13,877 nt of DNA from Planctomycetales bacterium. Lineage in GTDB: Bacteria; 4484-113. The stretch covers positions 4,175-18,051 of the forward strand of contig JBBIJQ010000013.1 in assembly GCA_037445915.1 (NCBI GenBank). The letters run 5' to 3'. Positions 7,582 to 13,877 of the stretch are shown in pieces. The notes under the pieces were generated by a model, which was not told the DNA's origin, did no database searches, and was given only the letters and a program-made list of their open reading frames with translations. The position numbers and the translations under genes were made by a program. The stretch's first letter is position 1, and each line of letters starts with the position of its first letter.

Positions 7582-8615
7582 GCCGCAGCTTCCGCAACAT
7601 TGTTGCGATTGAACTTGCGCTTATCGGCGACATCGTGATGATAACGCCCGCGCTGCGCAGGCTTCGCAATTCGTTCCCTGGCGCAAGGCTGACTTTAGTA
7701 GCCCAGCCGTTCGCGTGGGAACTGCTGCACGACGGCGGCTTGGTTGATGAAGTTATGGTTTACGACAAGCGCGGCGAGGACTCCGGCAATTCCGGCTTCT
7801 TTCGCCTGGCGAGGCGGATGCGCCCCAAGGACTTTGACGCGGCCTTCATCTTCCACCGCTCTTTCGGCAGTGCCCTGGCTGCATGCCTGGCGCGCGTTCC
7901 GGTTAGGGTGGGTTACCGCCACGAGCTGCGAGATTTCCTGCTGACGCATCCGGTGAAAGAACGCGAGCTTCCCGAGCACATTATCCGCGAAAACCTCAGT
8001 TTGCTTGACGCTGTTGGCATAACCGGCGAGGAAAGCATGGTGGAAGTCGCCGCTAACGACGGGCGTGAGCCTGCTTTCCTCTCGCAGTTCGGCCAGCGGA
8101 TAGAGGCGAAGCCTGTCGTTGTCATTTGCCCCAACGGCGGGTGGCCGACGAAATGCTGGAAACCCCAGCTAATCAGCCATTTCCTTGACCTTTATGGTGT
8201 TGGGGAAGTGGCGTTCGTGCTTGTAGGCGCGTCCGGCGACGAGCGTTTTGCGAGAGAAGTTTACTCAGTCAACAATGAAATCACCGACCTCACCGGCAAG
8301 ACTACTATCCGCGAGCTGGTCTGCATCTTGAAGCGCGCGGATGTTGTTGTTGCTCCTGACACCAGCATAGTGCATCTCGCTGCGGCGCTCGGCACGCCGG
8401 TAGTCGCACTTTTCGGCCCGACGGCATCAGAACGCTGCGGCCCGCAGGAAGGTTCAAAGTCGTCGGTGCTTTACGGCAAGGTGAACTGCCTGAAGTGTTA
8501 CCTCAAGAAATGCACTAAAGACCCGTTCTGCATGGATACTATTACGCCGGAAGAAGTCAAGGCTGAGGTTGGACGCTACCTCGCGCTCCGAGCCTTCCCG
8601 GCACCCAAGGAATAA
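7554..8615 (+). CDS. Glycosyltransferase family 9, LPS heptosyltransferase (WaaF-like)
   Basis: IGDIVMITPALRRLR..FPGA, RVGY, P.GGWPTKCW, DLTGKTTIREL, DTSIVHLAAALGTPVVALFGPT, C-terminal CLKC..C..CM. Adjacent to ADP-heptose genes. Start overlaps the previous CDS by 28 nt. Confidence 0.9.
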   Translation: MVSSPKSLVGRSFRNIVAIELALIGDIVMITPALRRLRNSFPGARLTLVAQPFAWELLHDGGLVDEVMVYDKRGEDSGNSGFFRLARRMRPKDFDAAFIFHRSFGSALAACLARVPVRVGYRHELRDFLLTHPVKERELPEHIIRENLSLLDAVGITGEESMVEVAANDGREPAFLSQFGQRIEAKPVVVICPNGGWPTKCWKPQLISHFLDLYGVGEVAFVLVGASGDERFAREVYSVNNEITDLTGKTTIRELVCILKRADVVVAPDTSIVHLAAALGTPVVALFGPTASERCGPQEGSKSSVLYGKVNCLKCYLKKCTKDPFCMDTITPEEVKAEVGRYLALRAFPAPKE

Positions 8616-8618
8616 AGC

Positions 8619-9587
8619 ATGAATTTGCTTAAGCTCATTGAAGGGATGGCGGGCCGCCGCATCGCGGTGCTTGGCGACCTCATCTGCGACCGTTTCATAT
8701 ACGGTGAAGTCAGCCGCATATCGCCTGAAGCGCCGGTTCCAGTAATGCGCATGGTCGGCGAAGAAGTGCTCACTGGCGGGGCGGCTAACGTTGCGCATAA
8801 TATCATCGCCCTCGGCGCGAAAGCTGACATATTCGGCATAGTGGGCGATGACGGCAATGGCAGGCTGCTTGCCGAGAAAATACACGGTTTCGGCGGGAAT
8901 GTCGGCGGTATCCTCACAATTGCCGGTCGCCTGACCACTGTGAAGACGCGCATGGTTGCGCAGACGCAGCAGCTCCTGCGAGTGGACTCCGAGGTCACCG
9001 ACCCGATAGACACTCGCGCCGAGGACAGCCTGCTCGCCTCGCTAAAGCTCGCCGCGCACGATTGCGGAGTGCTGGTGCTTAGCGATTACGACAAAGGCGT
9101 CCTCACGCCGCGCCTGGCGAAGGAAGCCATCGCCATATTCCGCGAGCTGGGCAAGCCAGTCATCTGCGACCCCAAGCCTGCGAACATCCCGCACTTTCAC
9201 GGAGTGTCGCTCATCACTCCCAACCGCCAGGAAGCGCTGCTCGCAACCGGCATTAACCGCATTGAGCCCGACTCAATGGAGAAGGCAGGGCGGCTGTTAC
9301 AGGAAGCCGTGGGCTGTGAAGCCGTCGCGATAACCGCGGGTGCCGATGGCATCCACCTTGTCACAAAGGACGGCTACGAACACATCCGCGCAGAGCCAGT
9401 TGAGGTTTACGACGTGGTTGGCGCAGGCGACACGGTCTGCGCAGCGATGGCGCTAGCGCTCGCCGCGGGCAGCGATTACGTTGAAGCCGCGCGCATAGCC
9501 AACTTCGCAGCCGCCATCGTCGTTGGCAAACTCGGCCTCGCCACCGTCTGCGCCCAAGAACTTCACGCGCGCGTTAACGCGAAATAA
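8619..9587 (+). CDS. rfaE1: D-glycero-beta-D-manno-heptose-7-phosphate kinase (HldE domain I / HldA)
   Basis: GDLICDRFIYGEVSRISPEAPVPV, GGAANVAHN, TTVKTR...QQLLRVD, SDYDKG, DPK, TPNRQE, DVVGAGDT (PfkB signature), VVGKLG. Confidence 0.95.
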   Translation: MNLLKLIEGMAGRRIAVLGDLICDRFIYGEVSRISPEAPVPVMRMVGEEVLTGGAANVAHNIIALGAKADIFGIVGDDGNGRLLAEKIHGFGGNVGGILTIAGRLTTVKTRMVAQTQQLLRVDSEVTDPIDTRAEDSLLASLKLAAHDCGVLVLSDYDKGVLTPRLAKEAIAIFRELGKPVICDPKPANIPHFHGVSLITPNRQEALLATGINRIEPDSMEKAGRLLQEAVGCEAVAITAGADGIHLVTKDGYEHIRAEPVEVYDVVGAGDTVCAAMALALAAGSDYVEAARIANFAAAIVVGKLGLATVCAQELHARVNAK

Positions 9588-9588
9588 T

Positions 9589-10047
9589 ATGCTGTCGCCA
9601 GAGCTAACAATAGTCCTTGACGGCTTACGGGCCGAAGGCAAGCGCATCGTCTTCACCAACGGCTGTTTTGACGTGTTGCACCCGGGCCACATCCACCAGC
9701 TCCGCGAGGCGAAGGCGCAGGGCGATTTCCTCGTCGTGGGCCTGAACTCCGACAATAGCGTGCGCAGGTTGAAAGGGTTAAGCCGCCCGTTGCTCCCCGA
9801 AGCTTCGCGCCGCGAGATGCTGGAAGCTATCCGCTATGTTGACGCCGTCGCAATCTTCGGCGAAGATACGCCTGAAGCGCTCATCCATGAAGTGCGCCCT
9901 GATGTCCTCGTCAAAGGCGCTGAATATGAAGAGAGCGCAATAATGGGCGCAGACTTTGTACAGTCCTACGGCGGGCGCATCCACCGCGTGCAAATGCTCC
10001 CCGGCTATTCCACCAGCGCCCTGCTCAAGCGACTCGCGGGGGAATAG
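9589..10047 (+). CDS. rfaE2: D-glycero-beta-D-manno-heptose-1-phosphate adenylyltransferase (HldE domain II / HldC)
   Basis: VFTNGCFDVLHPGH, LVVGLNSDNSVRRLKG.SRP, FGEDTP, PDVLVKGAEY, GYSTS. The true start is probably ATG 9589, 1 nt after the rfaE1 stop, not TTG 9523. Confidence 0.95.
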   Translation: MLSPELTIVLDGLRAEGKRIVFTNGCFDVLHPGHIHQLREAKAQGDFLVVGLNSDNSVRRLKGLSRPLLPEASRREMLEAIRYVDAVAIFGEDTPEALIHEVRPDVLVKGAEYEESAIMGADFVQSYGGRIHRVQMLPGYSTSALLKRLAGE

Positions 10048-10049
10048 GC

Positions 10050-10817
10050 GTGGGCAGCCCGCTTGAGCCGCTGGGAGGCCTTGTGTCGCAGCTTGGCCGC
10101 ATAGTCTTTCCGCCGTATTGCGCGATTTGCGGCAAACTCGCCGACGAGCTTGTTTGCGCCGAGTGCACTGCAAAGCTTCCCCGCGTGATGAACCCCTTTT
10201 GCCCGCGCTGCGGCAAGCCGCTCAAGACCAGCGTCCCGCGAAGCGACTGCGGACACTGCTCCGGGCACGGCTGGGCGCTGGACGCGGCGCGCGCGCTGTT
10301 CATCTACGAAGGGGAGGGCAGGGAGGCGATGCACCGCTTTAAATACGGCTCGCGCCGCGGGCTGGCGCGGTATTTCGGCTCGGTGCTTTCCGAAGAGGCC
10401 GGGGATATTAGCGCGCTCGGCGCTATATTCAACTGGGACCTTGGCGATGCACCGCAGCTGTTGGTGCCAGTGCCGTTGCACCCGCGCAAGCGCTTTCAGC
10501 GTGGCTTCAACCAAAACGAGCTGGTGTTGCGCTTCTACACCCCGGCGCTTGGGCTGCCGGTTGCGCTGGGCGCGGTGAAGCGCGTCAAGGCAACCAAGCC
10601 GCAAGTGCGGCTGACGGAGGCGCAGCGCTTTGAAAACGTGAGAGGCGCATTTGCGGTGCCGCCAAAGGCGAAGGCGCAGGTGCAGGGGAAGCGCGTGTTG
10701 CTGTTTGACGATGTCGCCACCACAGGCGCTACGCTTAACGCCGCCGCCAGAGCGCTAAAGCGTGCCGGTGCATCCCGCATCTATGCCCTGACGCTTTTCA
10801 CCTCCGTGCCTGATTAG
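10050..10817 (+). CDS. comF: ComF-family protein (double zinc ribbon + phosphoribosyltransferase-like domain)
   Basis: CAIC/CAEC/CPRC/CGHC, FKY, VPVPLH..K..QRGFNQ, R..NVRGAF, VLLFDDVATTGATL. Confidence 0.93.
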   Translation: MGSPLEPLGGLVSQLGRIVFPPYCAICGKLADELVCAECTAKLPRVMNPFCPRCGKPLKTSVPRSDCGHCSGHGWALDAARALFIYEGEGREAMHRFKYGSRRGLARYFGSVLSEEAGDISALGAIFNWDLGDAPQLLVPVPLHPRKRFQRGFNQNELVLRFYTPALGLPVALGAVKRVKATKPQVRLTEAQRFENVRGAFAVPPKAKAQVQGKRVLLFDDVATTGATLNAAARALKRAGASRIYALTLFTSVPD

Positions 10818-10854
10818 CCGTGATAGTGCACATAGCGCTTGCTTGTTTACGCGG

Positions 10855-11088
10855 GTAGGCGGCACCTCGGCGCCGTTGGATAATCCGTAGGTCAGGCTTT
10901 AGCCTGGCTCTGGAATCTGGTGTAGGGCCGGGACCTGCCTTCGGCTCTGTGGCTCAGGCTTGAAAAGTGCTCCGGCATCCGAAATTTGGTTGATGGGCGG
11001 CGGGTTCTTGCCCGCCGTAGCCTTGACGGGAGTGGATACCGCGCCTCTGGAATCCGGCTCTGATTCAGGGCGCAGGCTTATGCCGCGC
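10855..11088 (+). repeat. Cluster of GTAG-prefixed hairpins (REP-like) and short direct repeats
   Basis: GTAG at 10855, 10887 and 10922, each followed by an imperfect palindrome. Further hairpins at 10998-11017 and 11070-11088. CAGGCTT x3, GGCTCTG x3, CTCTGGAATCYGG x2. Confidence 0.6.
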
Positions 11089-11183
11089 ATGAAATCCTGA
11101 CTCCTGCTAATGAATTTGAACCTGGATTCCCAACTACGATATGCGAACTATCTATCTTTTCTCTCTACCAGAGACTCCTCTGC

Positions 11184-11904
11184 CGAATAAGTTCATAGAG
11201 AGTGTCGCAGAGGGGGGGAGTCCATCAGGATAGGGATGACAACAACCATCCTAAGGAGGACTCCCCAGTGGGAAAGGGTATCACACAGAGCCGGGTGGAG
11301 GCATTTACGGCGCGAAACCGGCGGCTATGGGAACAGGCTAAGGAAGGCGCGAAAACGAGAGAGCTGTCGCAGAAGCATGGCGTTAGCAGGCGGACAACAC
11401 AGCGCGTTACGCAGGCAGCAAGGGGGTGCGGGAGGGTAATGGCGGCGCGGCGGCCGGGGCCCAAGCGCGGCAGCGTGAACAGGATTACGCCCGCCGTGCA
11501 GGCGCAAGCGAAGGCCGCCGCCTTTCTGGATGAGCTGCGCGCTGCATACCCGGGCACAGTGCGCGGGCTGCAAACCGACAACGGCTCAGAATTCGCCGGG
11601 CACTTCAAATCAGCCTGCAAGGCCGCTGGATTGCCGCTTATTCATGCCTGGGTGAACTGCCCTGACCAAAACGGGAAAGTGGAACGCTTTAACCGCATAC
11701 TGCGCGACGAAACCATGCTGGGCGCCAATGACCACACCCTCTCCGACGCTGCCCTCATCGCCGACCTTGCCCGCTTCCTCCACCTCTACAACTATGACCG
11801 CCCACACTCCTCTCATGACTGGAACTCCCTTGCGCTGTATCTTGCCTCTGAGTTCCTGCCCCAGGCCTGCCCCCCATACGCGACACTAGCTATGGACCCT
11901 TACG
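11184..11904 (+). mobile_element. Internally deleted IS481-like insertion sequence (~720 bp)
   Basis: Inverted repeats 11191-11218 and 11870-11897 match at 22/28, extendable to 11184/11904 (25/35). They flank an rve-type transposase remnant. No target-site duplication seen. Confidence 0.8.
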
Positions 11905-11918
11905 ACCGCTCGGCTTGA
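11268..11918 (+). pseudogene. IS481-like transposase with in-frame internal deletion
   Basis: GTG 11268 has an AAGGAGGA RBS (11253-11260). N-terminal HTH (TRELSQKHGVSRRT) is followed almost directly by QTDNGSEF, P.QNGKVERFNR and YNYDRPHSS. The segment carrying the first Asp of the DDE triad is absent. Confidence 0.8.
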
Positions 11919-11929
11919 GTGCCCTGAAA

Positions 11930-11938
11930 TGGTATAAT
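11930..11938 (+). promoter_or_regulatory. Extended -10 promoter (TG-G-TATAAT) of clpX
   Basis: Consensus TGnTATAAT ending 9 nt before ATG 11948. Confidence 0.6.
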
Positions 11939-11947
11939 TCACAACCT

Positions 11948-13354
11948 ATGCCTGGTATTGGCGAAGATGGCGGGAAATACTCTGGAAACCCGCGTTGCAG
12001 CTTTTGCGGCGAGGAACAGGCCGCACGCAACGTGCGGATGATAAAAGGCCCCGGCATCTACATCTGCGAGGAGTGCGTCAACATCTGCAAGGAACTCCTT
12101 GACGGGCCGAAATTCCAGGCTGCTCCCAAAATCGCACTTGGCGAAGTTCCCACACCCCGCGAAGTCGTGAAATTCCTTGACGAGTATGTAATCAAGCAGA
12201 ACTTCGCGAAAAAGGTCATCGCCGTCGCGGTTTATAACCACTACAAGCGCATTAACCACCTTGCCGCGCCCACAGTGGAGATACAGAAGAGCAACATACT
12301 GCTCATCGGCCCCACCGGCGTCGGCAAGACGCTGCTGGCGCAGAAAATCGCAGCGATACTTGACGTGCCGTTCGCCATCGCCGACGCAACGACTCTCACC
12401 GAGGCCGGATACGTCGGCGAGGACGTGGAGAACATACTGCTGCGCCTCTACCAGGTTGCGCAAGCGCAGTCGCCAAACGCCAACCATGCCGAAGTGCTCG
12501 CGCGCACTGAGCGCGGCATCATCTACATTGACGAGCTTGATAAAATCGCCCGCAAGAGCGAGAACCCCTCCATCACCCGCGATGTATCAGGCGAAGGCGT
12601 GCAGCAGGCTCTCTTGAAGATACTTGAGGGCACCGTCGCCAACGTCCCGCCGCACGGCGGCCGCAAGCACCCCCAAGACGAGTTTTTGCAGATATGCACA
12701 AACAACATCCTCTTCATCTGCGGCGGAACATTTGACGGCATTGAGAAGATCGTGGAGCGCAGGCTCGGCCACCGCACCATCGGCTTCCGCGCCAGCCAAA
12801 CCGAGCGCGGGCAGGACCAGAAGAAGAGCCGCTACGAGATTCTTCAACATATGGAACCCGACGACCTCATCAAGTTTGGGCTGATACCGGAATTGGTAGG
12901 CCGCCTGCCCGTTACCGCGCCGCTTGAGGAGCTTGACGAAGACGCGCTGGTGGAAATCCTTTACAAGCCCACGAACGCGCTGGTCAAGCAATACCAATAC
13001 CTGTTCCGCGAGGACAATGTTGAGCTGAAGTTCACGCGCGGCGCATTGAAGCGCATCGCCCAGCTTTCAAAGAACCTGGGGACGGGCGCGCGCGGCCTGC
13101 GCAGCATTACCGAGAAGCTGTTGCTGGACTTTATGTTTGACTTGCCGACTAAGCGCGAGCCGGGGACATTAACGATTGACGCAAAGGACGTGAACAAGGC
13201 TTTTGCGGGGAGCATCGTGCCCTTCGCCGCGTCGGAGGACGGCGACGAGGCGGAGCCTTGCGAGGGAATGCAGCTCGCATCCCCGGAACCAAAGGTTCAA
13301 AAACGCGAAGGGCAGCTTGAGCTGCCCAAGATTGAACCGGATATCGCCAGGTAG
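11948..13354 (+). CDS. clpX: ATP-dependent Clp protease ATP-binding subunit ClpX
   Basis: Zinc-binding CSFC...[19 protein letters not shown] (Walker A), [15 protein letters not shown] (Walker B), [23 protein letters not shown] loop, GARGLR. ATG 11948 is preferred over TTG 11915. Confidence 0.98.
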   Translation: MPGIGEDGGKYSGNPRCSFCGEEQAARNVRMIKGPGIYICEECVNICKELLDGPKFQAAPKIALGEVPTPREVVKFLDEYVIKQNFAKKVIAVAVYNHYKRINHLAAPTVEIQKSNILLIGPTGVGKTLLAQKIAAILDVPFAIADATTLTEAGYVGEDVENILLRLYQVAQAQSPNANHAEVLARTERGIIYIDELDKIARKSENPSITRDVSGEGVQQALLKILEGTVANVPPHGGRKHPQDEFLQICTNNILFICGGTFDGIEKIVERRLGHRTIGFRASQTERGQDQKKSRYEILQHMEPDDLIKFGLIPELVGRLPVTAPLEELDEDALVEILYKPTNALVKQYQYLFREDNVELKFTRGALKRIAQLSKNLGTGARGLRSITEKLLLDFMFDLPTKREPGTLTIDAKDVNKAFAGSIVPFAASEDGDEAEPCEGMQLASPEPKVQKREGQLELPKIEPDIAR

Positions 13355-13448
13355 CTCTGGATTTCCGCTAATCGCAGGTTGAACACAATAATTCCGGCTG
13401 CGTCTGAATATCACATTAGCCACGTACGTTTTTAATTAGGAGGAGAAC

Positions 13449-13877
13449 ATGAGACGTTTACTGATAATCACAGGGCTGCTAATTTCGCTCCTTGCGCTGG
13501 TCGCAGTAGCATCCTTCGCCGACAAGCCGATGATGCAGGAGAAGGAAATCTGTATGGTTATGTCGGGTAATCCCGCCGAGATGGCCATTTACGGGCTAAT
13601 TCGTTCAATCCACGGATTGGGCGGCGACATCAAGGTTGACGGCGACAAAGTCTCGTTAACGCTCAATCTTGACGCAAAGCAGATTAAGATGCTCAAGGAA
13701 GCACTCGCGAAGCCTCAGCCGATGATGGCAGCCATGACGATGGACGAAAAGAGCATCATAATGCTGAAGGCTAAGTGTGGCGAAGAAGGCAAATCCGGCC
13801 GGTTCCTTCATGGCAACATGGACGGCCAAGGCTGCGGCATGATGAAAGGAATGCAGGGCGGTATGTGCCAAATGATG
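13449..13877 (+). CDS. Exported Met-rich hypothetical protein (3'-truncated by window edge; not in ORF track)
   Basis: AGGAGGAG RBS at 13438-13445. Open for 143 codons: MRRLLIITGLLISLLALVAVASFA-DKPMMQEKEICMVM...GCGMMKGMQGGMCQMM. Sec-type signal peptide. Confidence 0.85.
   Translation, partial: MRRLLIITGLLISLLALVAVASFADKPMMQEKEICMVMSGNPAEMAIYGLIRSIHGLGGDIKVDGDKVSLTLNLDAKQIKMLKEALAKPQPMMAAMTMDEKSIIMLKAKCGEEGKSGRFLHGNMDGQGCGMMKGMQGGMCQMM

Noticed and set aside
9523..9588. Extended N-terminus of rfaE2 from the ORF track
   Set aside because: Overlaps rfaE1 by 65 nt; ATG 9589 gives a typical length and coupling.
10855..10961. CRISPR array (about 32-35-bp periodicity)
   Set aside because: No conserved 23-47-bp repeat alternating with spacers; only GTAG is shared; no cas genes in the window.
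10998..11017. Rho-independent terminator
   Set aside because: Strong stem but no adjacent U-tract on either strand.
10899..11090. 63-aa minus-strand ORF
   Set aside because: No recognisable motif; it runs through the hairpin cluster and is probably spurious.
10850..11100. tRNA, SRP RNA or other known ncRNA
   Set aside because: No T-loop or cloverleaf. The minus-strand GCAGGTCCC resembles SRP only briefly and lacks the following GGAAGGAAGCAGC.
11202..11267. Transposase start at GTG 11202
   Set aside because: Lies inside the left IR; GTG 11268 has a strong RBS.
11170..11915. Target-site duplication around the IS
   Set aside because: Flanks (CTCTGC vs ACCGCT) do not match.
11915..11938. TTGAGT as -35 for the clpX promoter, or an IS-derived hybrid promoter
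   Set aside because: Spacer to TATAAT is only 12 bp, and the expected -35 position (about 11910-11915) lies outside the IS end.
13351..13367. GTAG-CTCTGGATTTCCG after clpX as another REP-like unit
   Set aside because: The GTAG includes the clpX stop, no good stem follows, and similarity to CTCTGGAATCCGG is short.
39..13871. Numerous short antisense and alternate-frame ORFs in the track (e.g. 10005..10604 -, 11939..12487 -, 13656..13871 -)
   Set aside because: They overlap well-supported + strand genes, lack motifs, and are expected shadows in GC-rich coding DNA.

Overview
GC-rich bacterial chromosomal window with all credible genes on the + strand. It opens with a fatty-acid/phospholipid cluster (5'-truncated plsX, fabH, fabD) that stops without the usual fabG-acpP-fabF. 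A tightly packed run of seven genes follows (2973-10817): a 970-aa lipoprotein, an ELM1-family putative glycosyltransferase, an ICMT-family membrane methyltransferase, a GT9 heptosyltransferase, split ADP-heptose kinase and adenylyltransferase genes (rfaE1/rfaE2), and comF. The lipoprotein has a dockerin-like module apparently inserted inside an Fn3 fold, an HExxH zinc peptidase domain and a PPC-like tail. Next come a ~250-bp cluster of GTAG-hairpin (REP-like) elements, an internally deleted IS481-like element with 28-35-bp inverted repeats, a clpX with no adjacent clpP, and a 3'-truncated Met-rich exported protein missing from the ORF track. The most interesting items are the lipoprotein architecture, its coupling to LPS genes, the candidate lipid A methylation/core-modification pair, and the REP-like cluster. 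All calls rest on motif recognition by eye; no searches were run.
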